Assembly: GCF_988242995.1 (NCBI RefSeq)
Contig: NZ_OZ547043.1
Length of the DNA stretch: 64,000 bases
Reading direction: 5' to 3' (one strand)
Position numbers and translations under genes: made by a program. Shown here in pieces: positions 1 through 11,564 of the stretch (the first letter of the stretch is position 1; every line of letters starts with the position of its first letter). The notes under the pieces were generated by a model, which saw only the letters and a list, made by a program, of their open reading frames with translations, made no database searches and was not told the DNA's origin.

Positions 1-525
1 AGAGAGGGAGCTGGTTGGCTCATCAAAGGCGATAATTTTGGCGTTACGCGCCAGCGCTTTGGCGATTTCAACCATCTGCCACTGACCAATGGAGAGATAT
101 TTCAGCGGCGTGTCCGGGTCAATATCCATACCAAGATGTTTAAGTTGTAAACCCGCCTCATAATTCAGCAATGAGCGATTCACAATGCCGCCTTTATGCG
201 GCAGCTGGCCGAGATAGATGTTTTCCGCGACGGTCATTTCCGGCACGAGATGCAGTTCCTGGTAAATAATCGCCACGCCCGCGTTAAGTGCTGCGGTCGT
301 GTCGGAAAAGGACATTTCCTGCCCATTAATCACTACAGAACCCGTGGTTGGCGCATAGTTGCCGCTGAGGATTTTTAAGAGAGTTGATTTTCCTGCGCCA
401 TTTTCACCCATCAACGCATGAACCTGACCGGCATAGCAGTCAAAACTAATATCCGTCAGCGCCTTAACGCCGGGAAACGTTTTACCGATGCCGCGAAATG
501 AGAGATACGGGGTAGACTGTTGCAT
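1..525 (-). CDS. araG: L-arabinose ABC transporter ATP-binding protein, N-terminal part (gene continues beyond window start)
   Basis: Reverse-strand translation from the ATG complement at 523-525 gives [20 protein letters not shown]..., an ABC ATPase N-terminus; lies downstream of araF in the araFGH operon order. Confidence 0.85.
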
Positions 526-594
526 AACGTCTCCGTGAATCACTGGTCGTTCACACCCCCTCTGCATCATGCAGAGGGGAATTTTTCCGGCAAA

Positions 595-1584
595 TTACTT
601 ACCGCCTAAACCTTTTTTCTCCAGTTCTTCTTTAAAGTTGTCACGCGTGATCAGTACCACGTCGGTAACTTCGGTAAATTTTGGCGGTTCAACGTCTTTT
701 GCTACCCAGTTGTAAAGCATTTCGCTGGATTTATAGCCATGTACGTCCGGGCTTGGCAGCAGGGAACCGTAGAAGCCGGTTGCCTGTGCTTTAGACAGTT
801 CGCTCACCGCATCCACACCGTTAATGCCAATGCCGATGATATCGGCCGCTTTAAAGCCCTGACCTTCCGTCGCGCGTACGCCGCCCAGCACGGTGCTGTC
901 GTTCATACCGACGATCAGCCAATGTTTAACTTCCGGATGTTGAACCAGCATTGAGTTGGCAGCGTCAAATGCCCCCGGGATGTCGTTAGATTTGGTAGGT
1001 ACCTGATAAATTTGTTTTTCCGGGAATCCGGCCGCTTTCAGCGCATCCATAGATCCCGTAGTACGGCGGCGGGCGGTATCCAGTTCGTTGGCGGTAATCG
1101 CCATCACCGCGCTTTCTTTGACATCCCAGCCACGTTTCTGCATCTCTTTATACAGTTCCTGGCCCTGACGTTCGCCAATTTTAGTCGCCGCCATCATCAC
1201 CAGCGGAACGGTATCCATTGGCTTACCTTTGGCGTTAACAAACTGGTCATCCACGGCAATGACTTTCATATCGTAGCCACGCGCTTTCGCGACGATGGCA
1301 GAGCCGAGTTTGGGGTCCGGAGTACAAATAACGAAACCTTTTGCGCCACTGGCAGCCAGGCTGTCGATCGCGTTCAATGTTTTTTCGCCATCCGGCACGG
1401 CAATCTTAATAACCTCAAACCCTAAATCCTTCCCGGCTTTATCGGCAAACTTCCATTCGGTCTGGAACCACGGCTCTTCCGGTTGCTTCACCAGAAAACC
1501 GAGCTTCAGGTTCTCCGCCATAGCGGATTGTGACATAACGGCTGCCAGACCAATGGCTGCCAGGGCTTTAGTAAATTTGTGCAT
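595..1584 (-). CDS. araF: L-arabinose-binding periplasmic protein
   Basis: ORF track 595..1635; start moved to the internal Met (MHKFTKALAAIGLAAVMSQSAMA signal peptide) matching the known AraF N-terminus. Confidence 0.9.
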   Translation of the reverse strand: MHKFTKALAAIGLAAVMSQSAMAENLKLGFLVKQPEEPWFQTEWKFADKAGKDLGFEVIKIAVPDGEKTLNAIDSLAASGAKGFVICTPDPKLGSAIVAKARGYDMKVIAVDDQFVNAKGKPMDTVPLVMMAATKIGERQGQELYKEMQKRGWDVKESAVMAITANELDTARRRTTGSMDALKAAGFPEKQIYQVPTKSNDIPGAFDAANSMLVQHPEVKHWLIVGMNDSTVLGGVRATEGQGFKAADIIGIGINGVDAVSELSKAQATGFYGSLLPSPDVHGYKSSEMLYNWVAKDVEPPKFTEVTDVVLITRDNFKEELEKKGLGGK

Positions 1585-2380
1585 GGTTCTCTCCAGCTTT
1601 AGTGTCGTTTTGTGTAGGGCAAAAACGAATGACATTCGTTAAATTAATCGGAAAACAAAGCATTACCTTTTAACTAAAAGATAAGTGACCGTGTTGACAT
1701 AGTTTTAGCGAGAAATTAATTCTCCATAGGAGAGCAATATCACATCGCAGAATTACAGTGAGAACGTGCATAAATTTAGCGGGAAAAGACATAAGGGAAA
1801 GCCAATTTGTCAGACAAATTGTCGAATGCACAGCAGATTAATCCATAAGATTAGCCTGGAAATCCTTGTTGTCTTTGGTACCCATGCGGGATGTCTTCTT
1901 TTTAACCAGTCAATAGGCCGCATTACCTGGCGTTGAGTTTTTGAAATGGTGTAATAACCGCAACTCAAAGATGTGGAAAATGTACGTCATTCATTTCGCC
2001 ATTAATTATCACTGTGCTCATTAATTAACAGAACACGTATAATGAGAGCCATCTCGCAAAAATGAAAAAACGTTTTATAAAATCATCACTTCATCATGAA
2101 TTCAAATTCATTGATTAATATCAACAAGATACAAAAAGCGCTATCATTAAAATTCATTGCAGTTACATTGATTTCATCAATGAAATGTAAAAATATATAA
2201 ACTTGATGATTTAAGCATTTTCTTATACCCGTTCAGACGTTATTCTTATTTCAGATCATCGTCAGAATTGACTCCACGATCACATTTCGGACCGGCAGAA
2301 AGGAATTATTCTGCAAACAGTAATTATGGTGTTTTGATTTATCTTGCACCTCTCCACTTCTGGATATAAGGATATTAGGT

Positions 2381-2884
2381 ATGGCAACCGCTGGAATGCT
2401 TCTCAAACTCAACTCTCAAATGAACCGCGAGTTTTACGCATCCAATCTCTACCTTCACCTGAGTAACTGGTGTTCTGAACAGAGTCTGAACGGCACCGCC
2501 ACTTTCCTTCGCGCCCAGGCACAGAGTAATGTGACCCAAATGATGCGCATGTTTAACTTTATGAAGAGTGTCGGCGCTACCCCCATCGTTAAAGCCATTG
2601 ATGTTCCCGGTGAAAAACTGAACTCTCTGGAAGAACTGTTCCAAAAAACGATGGAAGAATACGAGCAACGTTCTAGTACGTTGGCACAGTTAGCCGATGA
2701 AGCGAAAGAACTGAATGATGATTCAACCGTCAATTTCCTGCGCGATCTGGAAAAAGAACAGCAGCATGATGGTCTGTTGCTGCAAACCATTCTTGATGAA
2801 GTGCGCAGTGCGAAACTTGCGGGTATGTGCCCTGTGCAGACCGACCAACATGTTCTGAATGTCGTGTCACACCAGCTGCATTGA
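2381..2884 (+). CDS. ftnB: ferritin-like protein FtnB
   Basis: 167-aa ORF with ferritin-like fold; recognised sequence and position between araF and yecJ. Confidence 0.85.
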   Translation: MATAGMLLKLNSQMNREFYASNLYLHLSNWCSEQSLNGTATFLRAQAQSNVTQMMRMFNFMKSVGATPIVKAIDVPGEKLNSLEELFQKTMEEYEQRSSTLAQLADEAKELNDDSTVNFLRDLEKEQQHDGLLLQTILDEVRSAKLAGMCPVQTDQHVLNVVSHQLH

Positions 2885-2962
2885 TCATCATCGGCGCTAA
2901 TGCATTGCGCCGATGAAGGTTTTGAGAAACCGCTGCCTCATCTGTTTGAAGCAGCGGTTTTT

Positions 2963-3214
2963 TTAATGGGATTCACCCTGTGGGGTAAACTTGAGTTCAA
3001 TAAGCGCGATGGCTTTTTGGATTGCCCGCATGGTGACCGGGTCTGCGGCGGCGGGATGTTTAGTAAAGTCGATATTCTTCAGCTGACTGGACATTTTTTC
3101 ACGAACTTCAACGGGCGCGATTACATCGAGAACATCCAGAATTTGTTTGATAACCAACTGGCAAGCAACCACATCAGAAACCAGTTCCTGATCGGCATTC
3201 AGCGGCTGGGACAT
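2963..3214 (-). CDS. yecJ: DUF2766 protein YecJ
   Basis: 83-aa ORF recognised as YecJ; conserved neighbourhood. Confidence 0.8.
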   Translation of the reverse strand: MSQPLNADQELVSDVVACQLVIKQILDVLDVIAPVEVREKMSSQLKNIDFTKHPAAADPVTMRAIQKAIALIELKFTPQGESH

Positions 3215-3300
3215 CGTAAACTCCTGATAGCATTTTGAAAGCCGTTATAGTAGCGGCTTCACATCTTCAGCGATAGTCACATCCACCGTCATCAGGACAC

Positions 3301-3328
3301 AAAAAAACCTGCCGGAGCAGGTTTTTTA
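3301..3328. terminator. bidirectional rho-independent terminator (A-run, stem acctgc/gcaggt, T-run)
   Basis: aaaaaaacctgccggagcaggtttttt read directly; flanked by the 3' ends of yecJ (upstream side) and azuC. Confidence 0.5.
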
Positions 3329-3415
3329 TTATCGGAACATATTGCCTGGCGGTACGTCTTTGAACGTCTTGCAATAGTTATTGAACATACTTTTCAGGAT
3401 TTTGCGCAGTTTCAT
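3329..3415 (-). CDS. azuC: 28-aa small protein AzuC (within the AzuCR/IsrB dual-function RNA)
   Basis: Hand translation of the reverse strand: ATG complement at 3413-3415, MKLRKILKSMFNNYCKTFKDVPPGNMFR, stop complement at 3329-3331; not in the ORF track because it is under 60 aa. Confidence 0.75.
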   Translation of the reverse strand: MKLRKILKSMFNNYCKTFKDVPPGNMFR

Positions 3416-3677
3416 CGCGGCACTCCGACCATTTGTTATACAGGTGTTATTGTCTTTGCGCTTATAATATGACAACCATCACAAAAATCAATCTTTATGT
3501 GATACAAATCACATAAATACTCCTTTAATGTTATAAAAATGATAATCAAAAAACAGCCCCCCTATTTCTGACACCTACAGATGGCAAGAAATAGCGCCTG
3601 CCAGGCGTCTTTTCCGGCCATTGTCGCAGCGCTGTAACGCGTAAAATAGTGCTTTCTCTTACTCTTCTGGCTGGACC

Positions 3678-4001
3678 ATGAGACTTCTGATTCTGACTCT
3701 TTCATTAATAACGCTGGCGGGGTGTACGGTTACTCGCCAGGCCCATGTGAGCGAAGTTGACGCGGCAACAGGTATTGTACGGTTGGTTTATGACCAGGCT
3801 TTTTTGCAGCATGCCCATACCGATCGTTATGTCAGTCGCGGGATCGCCGATCGCGCATGCCAGCAGGAAGGCTATACCCACGCGGTCCCCTTTGGTCAGC
3901 CAGTAGGCAACTGTAGCCTTTTTGCGGGTTCCTTATGTTTGAATACGGAATTCACTTTGTCATATCAGTGCCATCATTCCGCCTTCCCTGTCTTTCTCTA
4001 A
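3678..4001 (+). CDS. yecR: lipoprotein YecR
   Basis: 107-aa ORF with lipobox (LAGC) signal peptide; recognised YecR sequence. Confidence 0.8.
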   Translation: MRLLILTLSLITLAGCTVTRQAHVSEVDAATGIVRLVYDQAFLQHAHTDRYVSRGIADRACQQEGYTHAVPFGQPVGNCSLFAGSLCLNTEFTLSYQCHHSAFPVFL

Positions 4002-4171
4002 ATATTTTAATCAGCGAGGGGATCTTCGCTGATTAAAGAAATAGCGGTAATGCGTTTTATTCCCATTCGTATTTTTAATAATTGAAGTTTATATTTTACC
4101 TTTTGCAAATAATAAAATAACAAATTATAGTGACGCCACAGCAACAAATATAACCTTTGTGGAGCACTATC

Positions 4172-4669
4172 ATGCTGAAACCAGAAATGATTGAAAAACT
4201 TAATGAGCAGATGAACCTGGAACTGTACTCTTCACTGCTTTATCAGCAAATGAGCGCCTGGTGCAGCTATCATACCTTCGAAGGTGCTGCCGCGTTCCTG
4301 CGCCGTCACGCCCAGGAAGAGATGACGCATATGCAGCGTCTGTTTGATTACCTGACTGATACCGGCAATTTACCGCGTATTAATACCGTTGAATCTCCGT
4401 TTGCTGAATATTCCTCACTTGATGAATTATTCCAGGAAACCTATAAACACGAACAATTAATCACCCAGAAAATTAACGAACTGGCTCATGCTGCAATGAC
4501 CAATCAGGACTACCCAACATTTAATTTCCTGCAATGGTATGTTTCTGAGCAGCATGAAGAAGAGAAACTGTTCAAATCGATTATTGATAAATTAAGCCTG
4601 GCAGGCAAAAGCGGCGAAGGTCTGTATTTTATCGACAAAGAACTCTCTACCCTCGACACACAAAACTAA
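4172..4669 (+). CDS. ftnA: ferritin FtnA
   Basis: ORF track 4157..4669; start moved to [13 protein letters not shown] matching the known 165-aa ferritin. Confidence 0.9.
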
Positions 4670-4677
4670 TGCTCTCC

Positions 4678-4703
4678 GGCGGCAGGTTTACTGCCGCCGT
4701 TTC
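4678..4703. terminator. hairpin between convergent ftnA and yecH (cggcggcag/ctgccgccg)
   Basis: Perfect 9-bp inverted repeat read directly; sits between the two convergent stop codons. Confidence 0.5.
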
Positions 4704-4706
4704 AAA

Positions 4707-4946
4707 TCAGTGACGGCAAATCTTACTCTGATCGGTCGAAAAACCGTCTTTCGAAGGTATAAATTTGCCTTTTGCTGCCAGAAACGCTACCAGCTCTCCC
4801 GCTGTCATCCCTTCTGCCGAGCAGGTGTGAAAACGTGCCTGTTCACCAAAACGCGCTTTAATCGCAGCTTCCAGACTGGCATGCGTATATTGCTCGCCTG
4901 ATTCAATCATCATATTTAACACTTCATGACCGTGAATAGAGTCCAT
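4707..4946 (-). CDS. yecH: uncharacterised protein YecH
   Basis: 79-aa ORF, recognised sequence, conserved position. Confidence 0.8.
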   Translation of the reverse strand: MDSIHGHEVLNMMIESGEQYTHASLEAAIKARFGEQARFHTCSAEGMTAGELVAFLAAKGKFIPSKDGFSTDQSKICRH

Positions 4947-5136
4947 CGTCCCTCCTCAAAAAAAGCCTAGCGTAGCGATTGCCGCTTATGAAGACTTTGC
5001 GCCAGCGCAGGACTGAATGCTTTTTATTGTACATTTATATTTACACCATATGTAACGTCGGTTTGACGAAGCAGCCGTTATGCCTTAACCTGCGCCGCAG
5101 ATATCACTCATAAAGATCGTCAGGACAGAAGAAAGC

Positions 5137-6348
5137 GTGAAAAACAGAACCCTGGGAAGTGTTTTTATCGTGGCGGGAACCACAATTGGCGCAGGCATGC
5201 TGGCAATGCCGCTGGCTGCGGCCGGTGTTGGTTTTAGCGTTACGTTAATCTTGTTGATTGGGCTTTGGGCGTTGATGTGCTACACGGCGCTATTACTGCT
5301 GGAGGTGTACCAGCATGTTCCGGCAGATACCGGTCTAGGCACGCTGGCAAAACGCTATCTGGGACGCTACGGTCAATGGCTGACGGGCTTCAGTATGATG
5401 TTCTTAATGTATGCTCTGACTGCGGCATACATCAGCGGTGCCGGTGAATTGTTGGCCTCCAGCATCAGCGACTGGACAGGTATTTCAATGTCGGCAACCG
5501 CTGGCGTGCTGTTGTTCACTTTTGTTGCCGGTGGCGTGGTTTGTGTTGGAACATCGCTGGTCGATTTATTTAACCGTTTTCTGTTCAGCGCCAAAATTAT
5601 TTTTCTGGTGGTGATGCTGGTATTGCTACTACCGCATATTCACAAAGTGAATCTTTTAACCCTGCCGTTGCAACAGGGGCTGGCTCTGTCAGCAATCCCG
5701 GTGATTTTTACCTCATTTGGTTTTCACGGTAGCGTGCCGAGTATTGTCAGCTATATGGATGGCAACGTTCGTAAGCTACGCTGGGTGTTTATAACCGGTA
5801 GTGCGATCCCCCTGGTGGCATATATTTTCTGGCAGGTGGCAACGCTTGGCAGCATTGATTCAACAACCTTTATGGGATTGCTGGCTAATCATGCTGGATT
5901 AAACGGGCTGTTACAGGCGTTACGCGAAATGGTGGCCTCTCCGCATGTTGAGCTGGCAGTGCATTTATTTGCTGATTTAGCCCTCGCCACGTCATTTCTC
6001 GGCGTTGCGTTAGGCTTATTTGATTATCTGGCTGATTTATTTCAGCGTTCAAATACCGTTGGTGGACGGTTGCAAACTGGTGCAATTACCTTTCTGCCGC
6101 CGTTGGCGTTTGCACTGTTTTATCCACGAGGATTTGTGATGGCGCTGGGTTACGCCGGTGTGGCGCTGGCGGTACTGGCATTGATTATCCCTTCGCTGTT
6201 GACCTGGCAAAGCAGAAAGCACAATCCTCAGGCGGGTTACCGGGTGAAAGGTGGTCGTCCGGCGCTGGTGGTGGTGTTTCTCTGTGGTATTGCTGTGATT
6301 GGCGTGCAATTTTTGATTGCGGCAGGGTTGTTACCAGAAGTGGGGTGA
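5137..6348 (+). CDS. tyrP: tyrosine-specific permease (GTG start)
   Basis: 403-aa multi-pass membrane ORF recognised as TyrP; GTG at 5137. Confidence 0.9.
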   Translation: MKNRTLGSVFIVAGTTIGAGMLAMPLAAAGVGFSVTLILLIGLWALMCYTALLLLEVYQHVPADTGLGTLAKRYLGRYGQWLTGFSMMFLMYALTAAYISGAGELLASSISDWTGISMSATAGVLLFTFVAGGVVCVGTSLVDLFNRFLFSAKIIFLVVMLVLLLPHIHKVNLLTLPLQQGLALSAIPVIFTSFGFHGSVPSIVSYMDGNVRKLRWVFITGSAIPLVAYIFWQVATLGSIDSTTFMGLLANHAGLNGLLQALREMVASPHVELAVHLFADLALATSFLGVALGLFDYLADLFQRSNTVGGRLQTGAITFLPPLAFALFYPRGFVMALGYAGVALAVLALIIPSLLTWQSRKHNPQAGYRVKGGRPALVVVFLCGIAVIGVQFLIAAGLLPEVG

Positions 6349-6409
6349 TCAGATAGCCTCAAATTCCTTATTGGGTGCCAGAATTAACGCTGACACCCAA
6401 TTTGACCTC

Positions 6410-7075
6410 TTAATGCAGGCAGCACTGCTTAAATTTCTTACCACTACCGCACGGGCAAGGATCGTTACGCCCCGGTTTCTCTTCTGCTTTGATCGGTTGC
6501 TGAACAGCTTTTTCCTGCGGATGCGCCATCCAGTACGCATGTAGATCAAGCGCCGCCAGTCGAATGGCATCTACGCTCTCTTCAAACGCTTCTGGCGACA
6601 TTTTCTCTACCCGCTCGAAGTTTTCCTCAGTACCGTGCAGCGCAATCGCCTCCAGCGCTGGTTTTAACGAATCGGGCAACGTTGACCAGTCAGAAAGTGC
6701 CACGCCCCGCATATAGCCAAAGCACCACTCCTCAACAATCGTCAGCTCGCTGCCATCAACTTCTCGCAAGCCGAATAACGGCTCAAACTGCTCCGGGAAT
6801 TCGTTCAGACGCTCTGCGGTATCGGCCATATGTTGAAAAGCCAGATTCATAAAGCGCGTCATCTCTTTCTCTGACGCCCAGCGCGGCACATAGTCAGCCC
6901 CACCCCACACGGCAACCAGCCACTGTGCCGGTTCAATCTCTTGCGGAGAACTCAACACCGCCGTCAATAAACCGTCCAGCTCCGCCACATCAAGGATGGC
7001 GTGGTCAGTGTTGTATTTGGTCAGAATATCGTCCAGCCATTCCAACTCACTTTCGTTTAACGGTCCCGTTTTCAT
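6410..7075 (-). CDS. yecA: SEC-C metal-binding motif protein YecA
   Basis: 221-aa ORF ending with the [17 protein letters not shown] motif. Confidence 0.85.
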   Translation of the reverse strand: MKTGPLNESELEWLDDILTKYNTDHAILDVAELDGLLTAVLSSPQEIEPAQWLVAVWGGADYVPRWASEKEMTRFMNLAFQHMADTAERLNEFPEQFEPLFGLREVDGSELTIVEEWCFGYMRGVALSDWSTLPDSLKPALEAIALHGTEENFERVEKMSPEAFEESVDAIRLAALDLHAYWMAHPQEKAVQQPIKAEEKPGRNDPCPCGSGKKFKQCCLH

Positions 7076-7203
7076 ACGCTTTTCCTTGTGGATCTCAACT
7101 CGCCAGCACCTATCTTACATGCCGGTCCGTATCAGAGATACTTTTTGAGTGGCTTTGCTGGTGATTAAAAATTAAGGAGGGTGTAACGACAAGTTGCAGG
7201 CAC

Positions 7204-7226
7204 AAAAAAACCACCCGAAGGTGGTT
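7204..7226 (-). terminator. rho-independent terminator of the glyW-cysT-leuZ tRNA operon
   Basis: Minus strand reads gaaaccaccttcgggtggttttttt immediately 3' of leuZ. Confidence 0.55.
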
Positions 7227-7270
7227 TCACGACACTGCTTATTGCTTTGATTTTATTCTTATCTTTCCCA

Positions 7271-7357
7271 TGGTACCCGGAGCGGGACTTGAACCCGCAC
7301 AGCGCGAACGCCGAGGGATTTTAAATCCCTTGTGTCTACCGATTCCACCATCCGGGC
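7271..7357 (-). tRNA. leuZ: tRNA-Leu (UAA anticodon type)
   Basis: Reverse complement matches the 87-nt tRNA-Leu, with the extended variable arm and 3' end GGGTACCA. Confidence 0.9.
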
Positions 7358-7369
7358 TCGGGAAGAAAG

Positions 7370-7443
7370 TGGAGGCGCGTTCCGGAGTCGAACCGGACTA
7401 GACGGATTTGCAATCCGCTACATAACCGCTTTGTTAACGCGCC
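7370..7443 (-). tRNA. cysT: tRNA-Cys (GCA)
   Basis: Reverse complement matches GGCGCGTTAACAAAGCGGTTATGTAGCGGATTGCAAATCCGTC...CTCCA. Confidence 0.9.
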
Positions 7444-7497
7444 AAATTCTTCAGGCCTTTCAGCCAGACATCCGCTTGAGGCCGATGTCTTTTAAAC

Positions 7498-7573
<76 letters not shown>

Positions 7574-7724
7574 ATTCATCAAGCAATCAGTTAATCACTT
7601 GATTTTATTATCGTCTGGCAATCAGTGCCGCCGTTCGATGCGTTGCATTCTACTTACCTGGCGCGATGAGTCAACGATATTTTTCACCACTTTTGATCGT
7701 TTGCTGAAAATTACGCCGAAACGA

Positions 7725-8273
7725 TCACTGATCAAGCAAATCTGCACGCGCAGCGCTCAAATATTGCAACATTGACCACAGAGTCAGTACCGCAGCCACA
7801 AAGAAAAGTGCAATACCGGCGTACTCAACCCAAATGTTCGGACGCCACAGCAGCCAGGCCAACGCCACCATCTGGGCAGTGGTTTTCACTTTCCCAATCC
7901 AGGAGACAGCCACGCTACTGCGTTTACCCAACTCCGCCATCCATTCGCGTAGCGCAGAAATAATAATTTCACGGGCGATCATCGTTGCCGCCGGTAGGGT
8001 CACCCACCAGCTGTGATAATGCTCGGTTACCAGCACCATGGCGATAGCCACGAGAACTTTATCTGCTACAGGGTCAAGGAAAGCACCAAACCGGGTACTC
8101 TGGTTCCAGCGGCGTGCCAGAAAACCATCGAACCAGTCAGTCACCGCCGCGACGCAGAAAATGAGCGCGGCGGCAAACGGCGACCAGGTGACAGGCAGAT
8201 AAAAGACCAATACAAAGAATGGGATAAGGATGACACGGAACAGTGTAAGCAACGTAGGGATATTAAATTGCAT
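7725..8273 (-). CDS. pgsA: CDP-diacylglycerol--glycerol-3-phosphate 3-phosphatidyltransferase
   Basis: 182-aa membrane ORF recognised as PgsA. Confidence 0.9.
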
Positions 8274-8329
8274 AATGACGGGTAACTATCTGTTGTCAGT
8301 AAGATTACCCCTATGTTGCTACAGAGACA

Positions 8330-10162
8330 TCAATGTTTCAACGACCAGAAGATCTTTTCTGCCAGACCTTGCGAAATACCCGGCACTTTTGCAATTTCCT
8401 CGACGCTGGCGTTACGTAAACCTTGCAAACCGCCCATATATTTCAACAACATTTGCCGACGTTTTGGCCCGACGCCTTCAATGGTTTCCAGGGAGCTGGT
8501 ATTTTTGACCTTCGCCCGTTTTTTACGGTGCCCGCCAATCGCGTGATCGTGTGATTCATCGCGAATATGCTGGATAACATGCAGCGCGGGAGAATCTGGC
8601 GGCAAACTGAATCCCTCACCTTCCGGCTCAAAGAACAGTGTTTCCAGCCCAGCCTTACGATCTGCTCCTTTGGCAACGCCAAGTAGCAGTGGATGATTTT
8701 TATCCCATGAGACATCCAGTTCGGCGAAGACATTTTTCGCCTGCGCAAGCTGGCCTTTGCCGCCGTCGATAAGGATCACATCCGGGATCTTACTGTCGTC
8801 AATGGCTTTACCATAACGCCGACGCAGCACCTGATTCATCGCCGCATAATCATCGCCCGGCGTGATGCCTGTAATGTTATAGCGCCGATACTCCGCACGC
8901 AGCGGGCCGTTAGCATCAAACACCACACAGGAAGCGACGGTTTGTTCGCCCATGGTATGGCTGATGTCAAAGCACTCCATCCGCTTCACTTCCGGCAATT
9001 TCAACACGCTGGCAAGCGCGGTCAGTCGCTGGTGAACGGTAGATTGCTGCGAAAGTTTGCTGGTTAAGGCCGTCGCCGCATTGGTGCGCGCGAGTTTCAG
9101 ATAACGCGCCCTATCGCCGCGAGGTTTGGTTTGAACATTAATCTTGCGTCCCGCCAGTTCTGAAAGGGAATCGGCGAGCAGCGTTTTATCGCTAAGATTA
9201 AAATCGAGCAGGATCTCACCCGGTAAGGTGCGCATCTGGCTGCCTTGTAAATAGAACTGGCCTACGAAGGTTTCTACCACCTCGCTCAGTTCCGTACCGC
9301 CAGGCACTTTCGGGAAATAGCTGCGGCTGCCGAGCACTTTGCCCTGACGAATGAACAATACGTGGACACAAGCCATGCCCGCATCGAACGCCACACCAAT
9401 AACGTCGAGGTCGTCGCCGGTATTGGAAACAAACTGTTTTTCGGTGACGCGTCGCACCGCCTGAATTTGGTCGCGAATACGTGCCGCTTCTTCAAACTCC
9501 AGATTCTGGCTGGCAGTTTCCATACGGCTAATCAGTTGCGTAAGCACCTGATCATCTTTGCCAGACAAAAACAGGCGCACATACTCGACCTGCTGAGCGT
9601 ATTCTTCTTCACTCACCAGTCCTTCAACGCACGGTCCCAGACAGCGCCCTATCTGATATTGCAGACACGGACGCGAGCGATTACGATAAACACTATTTTC
9701 GCACTGGCGAATGGGGAATATCTTTTGCAGTAGCGCCAGTGTTTCACGTACGGCATAGCCATTCGGGAACGGGCCGAAATATTCACCTTTGGCATGCTTC
9801 GCACCACGATGCATCGCCAGACGCGGGTGGGTATCGCCACTCAGGAAGATAAAAGGATAAGATTTATCATCGCGTAGCAAAACGTTGTAACGCGGCTGAT
9901 AGAGTTTGATGTAGTTGTGTTCCAGCAACAGCGCTTCGGTTTCTGTGTGAGTAACCGTTACATCAATTTGCTGGATCTGGGCGACCAGCGCTTCGGTTTT
10001 GCGCGAAGCGAGGTTGCTACGGAAATAGCTGGAAAGCCGTTTTTTCAGGTCTTTCGCTTTGCCGACATAGATAACCGTACCACCAGCATCGTACATGCGA
10101 TAAACGCCTGGCTGGCTGGTTACGGTTTTTAAAAACGCTTTTGCGTCAAACTGATCACTCAC
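8330..10162 (-). CDS. uvrC: excinuclease ABC subunit C
   Basis: 610-aa ORF with GIY-YIG N-terminus ([24 protein letters not shown]) and C-terminal HhH; recognised UvrC. Confidence 0.95.
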
Positions 10163-10815
10163 TGACTTGATAATGTCTCCGCATTACACAGACCATGGCG
10201 AATTGCCAGGTGAGTCAGCTCAACATCGCCATGAATGTTTAGTTTACTGAACATACGATAGCGGTAGCTGTTCACCGTTTTCGGACTGAGATTGAGCTGT
10301 TCTGAGATCTCATTGACCTTCTGGCCCTTGGTGATCATCAGCATAATCTGCAATTCACGTTCAGACAAACTGGCAAATGGGCTTTCTGTTTTTTCTGGTT
10401 CGATCTGGCTTAACGCCATTTGTTGAGCGATATCAGAAGCAATGTAACGCTGCCCAGAATAGACAGAACGAATCGCACTCACGACTTCCTGCGGAGCCGC
10501 GCCTTTGCTGAGGTAGCCAGCAGCACCTGCCTGCATGACTTTCGCTGGTAAAGGGTTTTCTGTATGGACCGTAAGCATGATGATTTTAACATCAGCTGTG
10601 GAACGCGCGATTTTACGCGTCGCCTCAAGACCGCCAATGCCCGGCATACTCATGTCCATTAGCACCACGTCAACGGCGTTTGTCCGGCACCACTTAACGG
10701 CGTCTTCACCGCACGATGCCTCTCCGACGACTTTTATACCCTTTATATCTTCCAGAATGCGTCGTATCCCTGCGCGCACCAGTTCGTGGTCATCAACAAG
10801 TAGAACGTTGATCAA
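10159..10815 (-). CDS. uvrY: two-component response regulator UvrY (BarA partner)
   Basis: 218-aa receiver plus LuxR-type HTH ORF; 4-nt overlap with the uvrC start. Confidence 0.95.
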
Positions 10816-11273
10816 AGGAATATCTCCAGAAATAGGGATAACGCTACTGATAGTTAGTCATTCGTATATTAGCGGTTTTTATTGCAACTTTGAAACGTTA
10901 AAAATGGTGGGTATTCGATTTTTCTCTCGTTTTTGTCAATTCGATTGTCCACAGTTATGGTCACGCCCGTCACCAACGGTTTACCGGATCGTTTCACAGT
11001 AAGCCCTACGATGAAATGTGACAAAAATTGACTTTATTCAGCAAAAATGAAAATCAGCCCGCTGAATATGTAACATTAATTAACCCGAACAATACGGGCA
11101 AAAAACATTCATGATAAAAATATTTATTGGTCATTATATTAACGTATTTTATAGCACTGCCGATATCACGCTCAAAAAACAACCACTGCTATTTTTAGCA
11201 AAGCTTATGGTATACTCCGCCGCCTTAACATTTTTCACCGCAAATTTTCATTGCAACATGACGAGGAAAATAA

Positions 11274-11498
11274 ATGAGTACGCCTGATTTTTCTACTGCC
11301 GAGAATAATCAAGAACTGGCAAATGAAGTCTCCTGCCTGAAAGCGATGCTGACGCTGATGCTGCAGGCGATGGGACAAGCTGACGCGGGCCGCGTGATGT
11401 TAAAGATGGAAAAACAGCTTGCGCTGATCGAAGACGAAACCCAGGCTGCAGTATTTTCCAAAACGGTTAAGCAAATTAAACAAGCCTACCGTCAGTAA
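11274..11498 (+). CDS. yecF: DUF2594 protein YecF
   Basis: 74-aa ORF recognised; conserved between uvrY and sdiA. Confidence 0.8.
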
Positions 11499-11503
11499 TA
11501 TAA

Positions 11504-11538
11504 AACCGGCTGAGAGCGTGCCTTTCAGCCGGTTTTTG
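11504..11538 (+). terminator. rho-independent terminator after yecF
   Basis: ccggctga...tcagccgg stem followed by ttttt. Confidence 0.5.
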
Positions 11539-11564
11539 CATCTGGCACGCAGAAAGAAAAGCGA

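Noticed and set aside
1640-2380. Long AT-rich araF–ftnB intergenic region as a possible horizontally acquired insert
   Set aside because: Contains no ORF and is consistent with the known extended araFGH regulatory region plus the ftnB promoter; only the palindrome was retained as a low-interest finding.
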